The notes: generated by a model not told the origin, from the letters alone. A DNA stretch of 32,000 bases from Acaryochloris thomasi RCC1774 (GCF_003231495.1 NZ_PQWO01000002.1:1-32000), one strand, 5' to 3'; shown: positions 8,033 to 18,059, counted from the stretch's first letter. Numbers and translations: made by a program.

Positions 8033-8767
8033 ATGCTTGAGTACCGCAATAACCCCACAGACAATATTGTTGAAATCATCGTTGAAGGCCAGCTGACGGA
8101 GGCAGACCTTGACCAGATTATCGCTCAGCTCAAGATTGACCTTGATAAGCACGGCAAGCTCAGGCTACTGGAAGAAATTCGCAGCTTTGAAGGCATCGAC
8201 CCGATCGCACTCTGGAAAGATGCTCAGTTTGGGTTGACCCACGTGGATGACTTTACCCATGCGGCGGTGGTTGCCGAGGCTGAATGGGTACGGACCATTT
8301 CTGCGGCAGCAGACAACATTTTATCGGCTCAGGTAAAAGCCTTCGAACCCTCTCAAATTGAGGCCGCCCGGACCTGGCTGCAGATGGCGCCGGAGTTAGA
8401 TCAGCTATCGGGCATGGAGTACAGGAGCAACGCTGAAAATAACGTTATCGAGATTATTGTCGAGGGCAAGATTACGGTGGCAGACTTTGATCGAATTGTG
8501 CCTTTGATCAAGACTGACTTGGCGAAGCATGGCAAGGTGAAAGTCCTAGAAGAAATCCGCAGCTTTGAGGGCATGGACCCGATGGCGCTGTGGCAAGATT
8601 TGCAGCAGGCCTACATGGTCAAAGACATCACCCATATCGCATTGGTGGCCGATGCCCAGTGGATGCGGACCATTGCGGAAGCCGTGAGCGCGATTTTCCC
8701 GGCTGAGATTAAGGCGTTTGAGCGATCGCAAATAGAAGCCGCGCGGACGTGGCTCGCAAATGCCTGA
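8033..8767 (+). CDS. Tandem-domain STAS/SpoIIAA-like (STAS_2/SEC14-type, DUF3478-like) protein
   Basis: 244 aa built of two homologous halves, about 8033-8392 and 8414-8764. Each half contains EYRxN..N-IEIIVEG, KHGK, LEEIRSFEGxDPxALW and VKAFExSQIEAARTWL. AAGGAG RBS at 8021-8026. Confidence 0.65.
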   Translation: MLEYRNNPTDNIVEIIVEGQLTEADLDQIIAQLKIDLDKHGKLRLLEEIRSFEGIDPIALWKDAQFGLTHVDDFTHAAVVAEAEWVRTISAAADNILSAQVKAFEPSQIEAARTWLQMAPELDQLSGMEYRSNAENNVIEIIVEGKITVADFDRIVPLIKTDLAKHGKVKVLEEIRSFEGMDPMALWQDLQQAYMVKDITHIALVADAQWMRTIAEAVSAIFPAEIKAFERSQIEAARTWLANA

Positions 8768-8821
8768 TTAGAGAGGCGCAATGGTTCGTAGTTGTCAGAT
8801 TAGAGTCGCCCAGCTGGCGCT

Positions 8822-9991
8822 CTACTCTCTTGATCTCGAAGCATCAGCAAGCAATCTCTTCCAGCTCAGGTCACCCGTTTTGGGATTTTGATGCCAGCGC
8901 AATAGGGCCGATGCAGGTTGCCCTAGTCCAATACCTGGTAGTCCGATGGCTTTGCGGGGGGCTTCCGTGGCTAAAGCAATCGCCTGTTCCACAGAGCAAA
9001 TGCGCCAGCGGACGAGGTTCTGGACACCCTGCAGTAGCGATAGTGTTGTCCCCGAGAGGGTCCCATCCGGCAGACGAGCGGTCCCATTCTTCACTTCGAT
9101 CTGCCGCGTATCCCAGGGATAAACGCCATCCGGGAGGCCCAGGGGAGAAAGAGCGTCACTGACTAGGAATAGTCTCTCAGGACTGGCCTGCAGTAAAAGC
9201 TTCAGCATTAACGGATCAATATGCTGGCCGTCGGCAATAAACCCGCACCAGACCTTTGGCTTCACTAGAGCTGCCGCTAACAGCCCTGGCTGGCGATGGT
9301 GGAGGCTGGGCATCGCGTTAAAGGCGTGGGTGACCATTGTGGCTCCCTTGTGAAACGCAGCCTCTGCCTGCTCTGCTGTTGCTTGAGAATGACCTAGGCT
9401 GACGATGATATTGCGATCGCAAAGATATGAAATCGCATCTCCCTCTACATCTAACTCGGGCGCTAACGTCATCACCTTAACGACATCTGCGTGTGGACCC
9501 AGCACCTGCTGCAGATCAGAGATTGTTAACGGCCGCAAATATTCTGCGGGATGAGCCCCTCTCTTTTCAAAATTGAGGCAGGGACCTTCGAGGTGGACCC
9601 CAAGAATTTTAGCCGTGGGCTGTGTGGATGAAGATGGGCCATGATTCACCACTGCCAGCGCTCGATGAATCTTTTCGACAGCGGTGGTCACAACGGTCGG
9701 CAAATAGCCATCGACACCCTGCCGCCAAAGCAATTGTCCAATTTCTTGAAGCTTCGGCTGATCGGCCTCTGTGAGATCAGGGAAGGCTAAACCCAAGGCA
9801 CCATTGATTTGCAAATCAACGCCGCCCAAAGACAACCAGTCTTCTTCAAGATCAAGGTGGCTAAGGGCTAGGGGAGACTCAATACCAGTCAGCGGGTGGA
9901 TGGCCTGAATAAGATTTTGCTGATCAACCCAAACCTGCTGCAGTCCTTGACAACCCGGAACCTGCGCTCGGTCAATACAAAGCTTCAGCAT
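8822..9991 (-). CDS. nagA: N-acetylglucosamine-6-phosphate deacetylase
   Basis: 389 aa of the amidohydrolase fold with NagA blocks: HLEGPCLN, SLGHSQAT, VTHAFNAM, FLVSDALSP. Confidence 0.85.
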   Translation of the reverse strand: MLKLCIDRAQVPGCQGLQQVWVDQQNLIQAIHPLTGIESPLALSHLDLEEDWLSLGGVDLQINGALGLAFPDLTEADQPKLQEIGQLLWRQGVDGYLPTVVTTAVEKIHRALAVVNHGPSSSTQPTAKILGVHLEGPCLNFEKRGAHPAEYLRPLTISDLQQVLGPHADVVKVMTLAPELDVEGDAISYLCDRNIIVSLGHSQATAEQAEAAFHKGATMVTHAFNAMPSLHHRQPGLLAAALVKPKVWCGFIADGQHIDPLMLKLLLQASPERLFLVSDALSPLGLPDGVYPWDTRQIEVKNGTARLPDGTLSGTTLSLLQGVQNLVRWRICSVEQAIALATEAPRKAIGLPGIGLGQPASALLRWHQNPKTGDLSWKRLLADASRSRE

Positions 9992-10003
9992 TGGTCGTTG
10001 ATG

Positions 10004-10306
10004 CTAACTAGTTTGAACCGCTCCTGACGGGGGTGTTGAGTCCGCTGAGGCACCGCTGGCCTTCGTTTCTTCAACCGGTGATAGTTGAATGTGGTTTAAC
10101 AGGGTGGTGACGAAGGCAAAGAGCAGGAAGGGTAGCGAAAGCACCAGGATCAATCCCCCGGTCAGAAAGGCGTAGACTGGATTTTGGTACATGGCGACGG
10201 AGGTTGCTAAGCTCAGGAAGATCACGATTAGCCAAATGATCACCTGCGCGTAGATATCGCCAAAGGTGAGGGTGCAACGAAATTGATACCCTTGTAACGG
10301 ATTCAT
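10004..10306 (-). CDS. Small two-TM membrane protein, unknown function
   Basis: 100 aa with an ATG start, two long hydrophobic helices and a Ser/Pro/Ala-rich tail. It ends 12 bp upstream of nagA on the same strand, so co-transcription is likely. Confidence 0.5.
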   Translation of the reverse strand: MNPLQGYQFRCTLTFGDIYAQVIIWLIVIFLSLATSVAMYQNPVYAFLTGGLILVLSLPFLLFAFVTTLLNHIQLSPVEETKASGASADSTPPSGAVQTS

Positions 10307-10516
10307 TGGAGAGTCCTCAAAAAGAATTAAAATCTTTCAATATCAGCTATGAAAGCATCTGCTGCTGCGTTCTAGCAAAAACTAAAGATCAATGAAGATT
10401 TGTTTGTCTAAATTTTAAACAAAATTCCAAGAAAACTTGATGCTTTTACATAAAACGATAGGTCTTGCTCCTGGATGGCTGAGTCTGTGGAGCTGTAGTG
10501 CAAGGATAGTGAGTGT

Positions 10517-11041
10517 ATGAGTCAACCCGAAGTTGCCGTGATTATGGGGAGTGACTCCGACCTGCCCACCATGCAGGATGCGATCGCAACCCTAACAGCC
10601 TTTGACCTCCCCTGCCACGTTGAAATCATCTCCGCCCACCGCACCCCGGAACGGATGGTGGACTTCGCCAAGACCGCTCACCAGAACAACATTAAAGTCA
10701 TTATTGCCGGGGCCGGTGGCGCGGCTCATCTGCCGGGGATGGTGGCCGCTCTCTCTCCTCTGCCGGTGATTGGGGTGCCGATCAAAAGCCGCGCCCTACA
10801 GGGAATCGATTCGCTATACTCTATCGTCCAAATGCCCGGTGGGATTCCGGTGGCGACGGTTGCGATTGGCAATGCTAAGAATGCGGGACTACTGGCCGTT
10901 CAGATTTTGGCCGCTCAGCGTCCTGATTTGTTAGATAAAGTGATGGAATATCGCCAAAATCTAGCAAATTCGGTTCATACTAAGCAAGAGCAGTTAGCTG
11001 AGCTAGGTTACGAGAAATATCTCGCAGCGCAGACTTGTTAG
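10517..11041 (+). CDS. purE: 5-(carboxyamino)imidazole ribonucleotide mutase
   Basis: 174 aa with classic PurE blocks: IMGSDSDLPTM, SAHRTPE, AGGAAHLPGMVAA. Confidence 0.95.
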   Translation: MSQPEVAVIMGSDSDLPTMQDAIATLTAFDLPCHVEIISAHRTPERMVDFAKTAHQNNIKVIIAGAGGAAHLPGMVAALSPLPVIGVPIKSRALQGIDSLYSIVQMPGGIPVATVAIGNAKNAGLLAVQILAAQRPDLLDKVMEYRQNLANSVHTKQEQLAELGYEKYLAAQTC

Positions 11042-11077
11042 CCTTCATTAAGGTCGTTGCTTGAGACTGAGGGACCT

Positions 11078-12223
11078 ATGCCAACACAGCCAATCGGATC
11101 TCTATTCTGTGAGCGCGCCTGGATCACAATTGATTTAGATGCATTGGCTCACAACGCTCGGCAGCTCAAAAAGAGCCTGCTGCCGCAGACAGAACTGATG
11201 GCGGTGGTCAAGGCTGACGGCTATGGGCATGGGGCCGCAACGGTGGCCCGCACGGTGCTTGAGCAAGGCGTGACGTGGCTGGCGGTCGCCACAATCCTCG
11301 AAGGGAAAGAGCTGCGTCAGGCTGGAATTACCGCGCCAATTTTGCTGCTGGGAGCGGTGCAGGCCCCGCAGGAGGTGGATGCGATCGCATCCTGGCAGCT
11401 TCAGCCCACGCTGTGCAGTCCGAAGCAAGCGCTGGCGGTGTCTCAATATGCCAAGCAGCCCACTTCCGTACACATCAATATCGACACCGGTATGTCTCGG
11501 CTCGGGCCGCTGTGGCAGCAGGGGGCCGCTTTTATTGAGTTTGTGGCAACGCTGCCTAACCTGCAGATCGCCAGCATTTACTCTCACTTTGCAACCGCAG
11601 ATGATGCCGATTCCAGCTTCATGGAAACGCAGCAAAGCCGTTTTCAGACGCTCACGCAGCAGATTCAAACGGCAGGTATTCTTCAGCCTAAGCTACATTT
11701 GGCGAATTCCGCAGGGACACTCAGCGGCCCGCAATACCATTACGATCTGGTGCGGGTTGGCTTAGCGCTCTATGGTTTATACCCCGAGGCAAAATTCCGG
11801 CAAGAGATTCACCTGCAGCCGGTCATGCAGCTCAAGGCCAGGGTGACACAGATCAAGACCCTGCTGGCAGGTACTGGCGTTAGCTACGGTCATACCTACG
11901 TGACGCCCCAAAAAATGAAGGTGGCCGTCGTGGGGATTGGCTATGCAGATGGGGTGCCTCGACCGTTATCGAATCGAATTACGGCCCTGATTCGGGGGCA
12001 GCGGGTGCAGCAAATTGGCTCGATCACAATGGATCAGTTGATGATCGATGTCAGTCAGGTTCCGAATGTGGGTATTGGTGATGTAGTAACGCTGCTGGGG
12101 CAAGACGGCGAAGCAAAAATTCCAGTGGAGACTTGGGCCGATCTGTTAGGAACGATTTCCTATGAAATTGTCTGTGGTTTTAAGCCTCGCCTGCCCCGAG
12201 TGAGCGTTATGAAGACGCTCTGA
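11078..12223 (+). CDS. alr: Alanine racemase
   Basis: PLP-lysine motif VVKADGYGHG, plus SHFATADD and GYADG blocks. The ATG at 11078 is preferred over the tracked TTG at 11057. Confidence 0.9.
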   Translation: MPTQPIGSLFCERAWITIDLDALAHNARQLKKSLLPQTELMAVVKADGYGHGAATVARTVLEQGVTWLAVATILEGKELRQAGITAPILLLGAVQAPQEVDAIASWQLQPTLCSPKQALAVSQYAKQPTSVHINIDTGMSRLGPLWQQGAAFIEFVATLPNLQIASIYSHFATADDADSSFMETQQSRFQTLTQQIQTAGILQPKLHLANSAGTLSGPQYHYDLVRVGLALYGLYPEAKFRQEIHLQPVMQLKARVTQIKTLLAGTGVSYGHTYVTPQKMKVAVVGIGYADGVPRPLSNRITALIRGQRVQQIGSITMDQLMIDVSQVPNVGIGDVVTLLGQDGEAKIPVETWADLLGTISYEIVCGFKPRLPRVSVMKTL

Positions 12224-12273
12224 TCGCAAAGAAATTAAGCAGAATTCTCAAGTTTGCTCTCAGCCACGCCAGT

Positions 12274-14301
12274 CTACGATCTCTGGCTTGGTAACCAGAT
12301 TTTTTCTAAAACCGATAGGAATGAAGGATAAAGCGCACGACTCCCATATGAACTCAGGTGGTCCCCATCATAAAATAGAGGTTGATTCCCATCAAATGCG
12401 GAGCACTCGTCAGCTTTACACAGGATAGGGAATGGATCCCAGATAAAGACATTACTGGAATGACTCGCTAACTTGTTCAACTTATCCATCACTGGCTTTC
12501 TATAGCCTAAAAGAAAGTCACGCTCAGTCGTAAATGCAGAAGAACAAACTGGATTTGATGCATTAAACCAGTCAGAGCAACGAAATGGAGGAGAGGAGAA
12601 CACTGGCTTGGGCGCATCAATGACAACAGTCATTGAGAGGTCACTAAATTTTTTGACAATCTCTTTGGCTTCAGTCAGGGCTGTTTCTCGATCACTGATA
12701 GCTTTTTTTTCTGACTGCTCAGCCATCACATCCTCGATGGGTAAAGGACCATGAAAGTTACTCCCAATGCGATCAATTTTCAGGGCGGCTAGAAACAAAA
12801 TATCGCCAGGCGAAGCTAGTGTCTCGATTGTAGAGAGAGCGTCTTCAATATGCAGTGAGCAGGAGCGCTCCCCAGACAAAGCAGGTTTTCTTAAACTAAA
12901 ACCGCACCCCCCCTTTTGATAAATATGAACATCAACACCCTGATCCTTCGACAACTGCCGAAGCATAGGCCGGTAGGCTCCGGCATGTGAATCTCCAAGC
13001 ACAAACAGCTTGCGATTATTAAAGCCTTTATCTTCATTGTTTATCTGACCCGTATAGGACGAGTAAGGATTCCATACGTCTTGGTTCTGGGATACTACAC
13101 TAAAACTTAAATATTTTTGACCTCGAAAGGCCAGTCTAGTGAATCCATAGGATAGAGCGACTGTCACAATCCCTGCGACAACCATTTTCCAGTTCGGTAA
13201 GCTAGCCGCGTATTTGTTTTTTCTAGCAGGTATTTCAACATAGTAATAAGAAATATTGGCTAACAAAAATGTCAAGACAGTAGCGCTGGCTATTGTAATA
13301 GCAGACTCAAAGCCAACCGTCCATCTAAAAAATACGAAGATAGGCCAATGCCATAGATATAGAGAATATGATTTTTTCCCGATGTCTACCATTCGCCCGT
13401 CTTCAAGCAGTCTTTGTATAATCGGTTTTTGGCAAACACCATCAAGGATGCCGGAAATCAAAAATAGTGTTCCAAGAACAGATGGGAGTGCCCATGGGAA
13501 AGGGAACAGTGTTGAATCAGAGAAGAAGAATGCACCTCCAGCTAGAGCAATCCCGATCAGCAAGCATAAATTCTTGGCTTTGCTTGACTGAGGAATAAGT
13601 ATATTCCTTGAATGCAAATCAAATAGCAAAGCACCACAGGATAATTCCCAAAAACGACTAGGAAGTAAATAGAACGCATTGTCTGGTGAAGCTGATGTCT
13701 CATAAGCTGAATAAGCTAGAGATATGCCTAACAGAGCTGGTAACAGAAAATTAACGATGACTCCAAAAATATCGCTTCTTTTCTTGTGCTTTGCCCAAAC
13801 AAAAAATAGCAGCGGGAAAATGACGTAAAACTGTTCCTCAATGCCTAAGCTCCAAGTATGAGAAAATGGGTTCAGTTCAGTTCCAGGTGAGAAATATGCG
13901 TTGCTATTCCATGCAAGAGAGAAATTACTGATACCCAAAAAGGCTGAAAGCGCAACGTTTGTGTTTGCCCTCGCTATTGGTGATGCTGGGACGAACAATA
14001 TAGAAAAAATGCTAACTAAAACAAGGCATACAAGTAACGGAGGGAAAATTCTTTTTACCCTCCTTGAATAAAAGCTAACAATAAAGTCTGAAAAGTTCAG
14101 CGTAGAGTGTCTGATTAAAGAGCCACAAACGACATATCCTGAGATGACGAAAAATATATCCACTCCAGAAAATCCACCTGGCAGGTATGCAGGAGAAATA
14201 TGAAAGATAATCACTGCCAAGACGGCTAAGGCTCTTAATCCATCGATTCCTCTGATATAGGTGGTTTTTTTGCTAGCACTATTCTTGACTGAATGGTTCA
14301 T
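12274..14301 (-). CDS. OafA/YrhL-like acyltransferase-3 (AT3) fused to a C-terminal SGNH domain
   Basis: 675 aa. AT3 N-terminal motif GIDGLRALAVLAVIIFH and about 10-11 TM helices, then an SGNH block I (FVLGDSHAG) and a DxxH-type block (YDGDHLS). The gene is markedly AT-rich compared with its neighbours. Confidence 0.85.
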   Translation of the reverse strand: MNHSVKNSASKKTTYIRGIDGLRALAVLAVIIFHISPAYLPGGFSGVDIFFVISGYVVCGSLIRHSTLNFSDFIVSFYSRRVKRIFPPLLVCLVLVSIFSILFVPASPIARANTNVALSAFLGISNFSLAWNSNAYFSPGTELNPFSHTWSLGIEEQFYVIFPLLFFVWAKHKKRSDIFGVIVNFLLPALLGISLAYSAYETSASPDNAFYLLPSRFWELSCGALLFDLHSRNILIPQSSKAKNLCLLIGIALAGGAFFFSDSTLFPFPWALPSVLGTLFLISGILDGVCQKPIIQRLLEDGRMVDIGKKSYSLYLWHWPIFVFFRWTVGFESAITIASATVLTFLLANISYYYVEIPARKNKYAASLPNWKMVVAGIVTVALSYGFTRLAFRGQKYLSFSVVSQNQDVWNPYSSYTGQINNEDKGFNNRKLFVLGDSHAGAYRPMLRQLSKDQGVDVHIYQKGGCGFSLRKPALSGERSCSLHIEDALSTIETLASPGDILFLAALKIDRIGSNFHGPLPIEDVMAEQSEKKAISDRETALTEAKEIVKKFSDLSMTVVIDAPKPVFSSPPFRCSDWFNASNPVCSSAFTTERDFLLGYRKPVMDKLNKLASHSSNVFIWDPFPILCKADECSAFDGNQPLFYDGDHLSSYGSRALYPSFLSVLEKIWLPSQRS

Positions 14302-14707
14302 TCACAATGTTCCTTCTAAGTGCGTAAGACACTCACTTTTTTCTGAACTATCAATTAGCGCTTTGCCAATCTTGATAAATATGGATGCTGGATTAAGCTA
14401 GTATCTAACAGAAATAGTTCAAATTTCAACACGCTAAAATCGAGAAAATATTTAGTGATAGTTGGCAGATAGCTTTACCCATATGGGCATATCTTCGCTA
14501 GGAATACTGTGGCGTCAAGGAGCGGCTTTAATTGAGTTTGCAGAACAAAAAGCTATCTTATTCGCAAATCCCTAGGGGATCTTCTCTCTTCGTGACAGCA
14601 GATGATCCAGATGCAAGCCTTGGTTTTTTATCGAAATACAGCAAGGATGCAACAGTGCCGTAATATATGCCAGTAAGCCCTTTCAAGCCTTTATTTGGCA
14701 CTGCGTT

Positions 14708-15652
14708 ATGAAACTCTCGTTAGCGACCCTGATTTTTGCCCCCCGACATCAACTGTTGCAAGTCTTTGCGATCGCAACCACAACCCTTCTCGGCACTCTC
14801 ATGGTTCCCCAGCTTGCCTCTGCCGAAAGTATTCTTGAAAAAGTGAACCGGACCGGCACTTTAACCGCAGGAACCAATGCAGACGCCTTGCCCTTTGCCT
14901 TTGCCGATGACCAAGGTGAACTGCAGGGATACTCCATCGACATGCTGAAGCAGATTCAAGCCCAGTTAACCAAGGAGTTGGGTAAAGACATTGAGCTGCA
15001 GCTTACGGCCCTGACGCCCGAGCAACGGATTCCGAAGCTAGTGGCGGGTGAAGTGGATATCGTTTGCGATGCCAGTAGCTACACCTGGAAGCGAGAAGAG
15101 CAAATTGACTTTTCCGTGAGCTATGGCTTCACCGGTACCCGCCTCCTGACCAAAAGAGGGAGTGAACCGCTGGTGCCTGAAGCCTTTGCCAACAAGCGCA
15201 TTGCTGCCGTTGCTGGCACCACCAATGAAATCGCAATTCGCCGCACTCAGCCCGAAGCTCAAATTGTGGTCGTAGACAGCCATGACCAGGGGTATGAGGC
15301 TTTGAAGCAGGACACCGTTGACGCCTTCGCCGCCGATGGTATTTTGCTAGAGGGCTGGCTACAAACAACGGATAACCGTGACAGTTATGGGGTTGTGGGT
15401 TATTTCTCTAGAGAAGGCATTGCCTGTATGGTGCCGGAGAATAATTCTAAGTTTGTCGATCAGGTGAACTATTCGCTCGTGCGGTTCATGGGGGGATATC
15501 TAGAGGGTAAAGAACCCTATGTCGCTATCTTTGACCGCTGGTTTGGACCGCAGGCCAATGTTCCCTTATCCAAGGATTTACGAGCTTTAGTGTTAGAAAC
15601 TATGCAGCTTGTGATTGACTTCAAGCAAGCCGTTCCTGAAAGCGACCTTTAG
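14708..15652 (+). CDS. Periplasmic amino-acid-type (family 3) solute-binding protein, orphan
   Basis: Signal peptide ending ASA-E. PBP type II / SBP_bac_3-like blocks: GTLTAGTNADALPFAF, GYSIDM, DIVCDASSYT, DAFAADGILL. No cognate permease or ATPase gene is adjacent. Confidence 0.8.
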   Translation: MKLSLATLIFAPRHQLLQVFAIATTTLLGTLMVPQLASAESILEKVNRTGTLTAGTNADALPFAFADDQGELQGYSIDMLKQIQAQLTKELGKDIELQLTALTPEQRIPKLVAGEVDIVCDASSYTWKREEQIDFSVSYGFTGTRLLTKRGSEPLVPEAFANKRIAAVAGTTNEIAIRRTQPEAQIVVVDSHDQGYEALKQDTVDAFAADGILLEGWLQTTDNRDSYGVVGYFSREGIACMVPENNSKFVDQVNYSLVRFMGGYLEGKEPYVAIFDRWFGPQANVPLSKDLRALVLETMQLVIDFKQAVPESDL

Positions 15653-15707
15653 TAATCTGACGGGAGCGAAGAACGTTCTTCCTCGATCGCTTGCGAATAG
15701 CCGACGG

Positions 15708-18059
15708 CTAGAGCCGCGCTTGCTGGGTTACCTTCGCCACTTGCTGGGGGGCGTTCATCTGCGTAAATAACTTGATGGCCTGATCAAAGCTGTCTTGACT
15801 TTGATCAGCACGCTGTTGCAGTTGATGGGTGACCCCAAGCTGGAACCAAGCTTCAGCGAGATCGCACTGGGCGCCGATGGTTTGCAAAAGCTCTAAAGCC
15901 TGCTGTTGTTGCCTTAGTGCCGCCGTTAGCTCTCCCTGCCTACGATTAATATCTGCGAGGCCGATGAGCGTTTTGGCCTGTATCTGAGTGTAGCTACTAG
16001 ATTCTACATGGGTTAGCACTTGCTTAAAGATGAGTCTAGCTTGCTCAAAGCATTCCACATTCACGTAGGTCTGACCCAAGATTTGCATGAAGTAGGCTGA
16101 ACGCCCTGTAGCTTGAGACATTTGACGGTAGGCAGTGTCAGCCAGCGATTTCGCCTCTTGCAACTGACCCTGGTAGGATTTTGCCAGTGCTAGACATAAA
16201 GATGCTTTTTCGGCCCAGCGATGGTGATCGGTATGGGTTGCCGCTAGCGCAGTTCCTTCTGCGGAGGCGGGCCGATCGTAGACCATTGCAACCAGTGCTT
16301 CAAACCAACCCGCCGCTGTTTCTAGCTCCCACAGATCAATGTGATAAAGTCCCAGACTGAGCAGTGCATCTACCTCCAGCATTCTCAGGTAATAACGCTG
16401 ATGGGATGTGAGCGACTCCGCAGCTTGATATTGTTGAATTGCCTGTTCTCTCGCCTGCTTTTGGCAATCAATCGCCGCGTGAATCTTACCTGCTGTCCAG
16501 TAGAAATCACCGAGGATATTGTACAGCTCACTAAAGCTAGAATCAGAGCCAATACGCTCTAGAATTACGGGAATTTCAGTGAGCAAAGATTGGTGTAGCC
16601 CGAACCGATACAGCGTACTGCCCAAAGACAGATACTGATTCCATTGATTCGTGCGGCTGTTGAGAATCACCTGTGCGGCTGCGGCATAGTCGTCAATCGC
16701 GACGTAGTGGTAGTAAGCCTCTAGGGCTTGCAAAGCGTCCTGCGGTTGGGTAATTGTATCCACGCTATCAGTCCAGTAGGCTGCCGCCGCTTGGTTTGTG
16801 GCTTGCCATTGATCGCTGTTTCTCAGTCGGGCAATGGCCTCAGCTCGCAGGACTGGATGGAGCCAATATTGTCCTTTGTGATAGTCTGCCAGCGAGCGAT
16901 TACGGAGAGAAACCATCGCTTGCCGACGATTAGCCTCAGGAACATCCCACAAAAGCGTCGTTAGGGCTGCTGTTGGCACAGTGGCTGGATTCTGATAGCG
17001 ATAGCACCCCAAACGACAAAACAAGCGATAGGACTCAGGGGCCTGATGCTGCAGTCGGTTGACTTGGTTGGCGACCAGGTTTTTGAGGTCAGCAGCCACC
17101 AATAAATCATTCCGATGGTCTCGCCAGTAGGATTTGAGGTCGCCGTCATAGTCTTCTGAGATGGTGCCGCGCAGGACTCGCATGGCTTTGGCGTTGCCGC
17201 CGTAGGCGTGGTGCATTTCCTGGAGACTGGCCGTCTCAATTTCAAGCTCACCCATCTCGAAGAACTGTTGCCAAGCCAGATAGCTGAGTCCCGGTAGGCG
17301 ATAGTGGGTGACGTTGAGGCTGGCTTCAGAGATGCGATCGCAACTCGTCATCAAAATAACCGTCTGCCCCTGGCCTTCTGTGAGGACTCGCAGCAGCTCT
17401 ACGTAATGGCGGTGAGGTTCAATAAAGCGTCCCTGATGATCTAAAGCAGGTTCTAGATTATCGACCAACACTCCCACCCGCCGCTGCCGCAGATGTCGCC
17501 GCAGTCGCCCCAGCGAAATGCCAAGCTCTAGTCCCGGCTCATCATTAAAATCTCGCTGCAGCCATTCTTCAACCACCCGTTCAGCCGAAGTAATGTTGGT
17601 CGTTTCCTTGGCCATCAAAAGCTCCAGCACCAGATCGAATCCCTGACTATGGAGATATTTCTGAGCCAGGGCCGTTTTGCCAACGCCCCCTTCTCCCTGC
17701 AGAACGATAGCTTTTTGCCCTTTTCCTACCAGAGAATTGAGGCATTCGATGGCTTCGACTCGCCCCACCAATCCCCTGAGCGTTGGACGCTCTACGCTAG
17801 GTTTGAAATCTACAGGGATATGGCGGGGCAAAATAATGCCCAAGTTTTTCTTGGTGACTTTTTCACCCAGTAGCTCAGACAGCAGCTTCCATAGAGCAGA
17901 GCCGACATCTTTGGCGTGGCCTTCAGTGCAACCGTAGGCATCGGCAATCTCAAGATAGGTCTGGTCGCAGCGCTCTAGGATTAGGAGTTGCAGCTCAGAG
18001 ATGCGATCGCCTGTCTTGCGGAAAACTAAATCGTCCAGCCAAGCCGTATTTGCAATCAT
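15708..18059 (-). CDS. STAND NTPase: N-terminal HTH-like module + NB-ARC-like ATPase + C-terminal TPR array
   Basis: 783 aa. The N-terminal ~75 aa (SELQLLILER..YLEIADAYGCTEGHAKDVGSALWKLLSELLGEKVTKKNL) resemble the sigma70-r4/LuxR-like module common at the N-termini of cyanobacterial STAND/WD40 proteins. P-loop GEGGVGKT (17673-17696), Walker B VGVLVDNLE, GxP-like GGNAKAM. About 400 aa of TPR-like helical repeats follow. Confidence 0.8.
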   Translation of the reverse strand: MIANTAWLDDLVFRKTGDRISELQLLILERCDQTYLEIADAYGCTEGHAKDVGSALWKLLSELLGEKVTKKNLGIILPRHIPVDFKPSVERPTLRGLVGRVEAIECLNSLVGKGQKAIVLQGEGGVGKTALAQKYLHSQGFDLVLELLMAKETTNITSAERVVEEWLQRDFNDEPGLELGISLGRLRRHLRQRRVGVLVDNLEPALDHQGRFIEPHRHYVELLRVLTEGQGQTVILMTSCDRISEASLNVTHYRLPGLSYLAWQQFFEMGELEIETASLQEMHHAYGGNAKAMRVLRGTISEDYDGDLKSYWRDHRNDLLVAADLKNLVANQVNRLQHQAPESYRLFCRLGCYRYQNPATVPTAALTTLLWDVPEANRRQAMVSLRNRSLADYHKGQYWLHPVLRAEAIARLRNSDQWQATNQAAAAYWTDSVDTITQPQDALQALEAYYHYVAIDDYAAAAQVILNSRTNQWNQYLSLGSTLYRFGLHQSLLTEIPVILERIGSDSSFSELYNILGDFYWTAGKIHAAIDCQKQAREQAIQQYQAAESLTSHQRYYLRMLEVDALLSLGLYHIDLWELETAAGWFEALVAMVYDRPASAEGTALAATHTDHHRWAEKASLCLALAKSYQGQLQEAKSLADTAYRQMSQATGRSAYFMQILGQTYVNVECFEQARLIFKQVLTHVESSSYTQIQAKTLIGLADINRRQGELTAALRQQQQALELLQTIGAQCDLAEAWFQLGVTHQLQQRADQSQDSFDQAIKLFTQMNAPQQVAKVTQQARL

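Noticed and set aside
8749-9162. 137-aa plus-strand ORF overlapping the 3' part of nagA
   Set aside because: It is antisense to a strongly supported nagA. The product is Arg/Ser/Pro-rich and looks non-protein-like.
11135-11668. 177-aa minus-strand ORF, plus the plus-strand ORFs 11275-11538 and 11379-11765, all inside alr
   Set aside because: All are off-frame or antisense to alanine racemase, which has unmistakable motifs. This is a typical GC-rich shadow-ORF composition.
13256-13591. 111-aa plus-strand ORF inside the AT3 acyltransferase gene
   Set aside because: It is antisense to a gene with clear AT3 and SGNH motifs and is an AT-rich chance ORF.
15668-15681. Perfect 14-bp palindrome GAAGAACGTTCTTC between the convergent SBP and STAND genes
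   Set aside because: With no loop it can form only a 5-bp stem and it has no U-tract, which is insufficient to call a terminator. It could be a protein site, but there is no second copy or supporting context.
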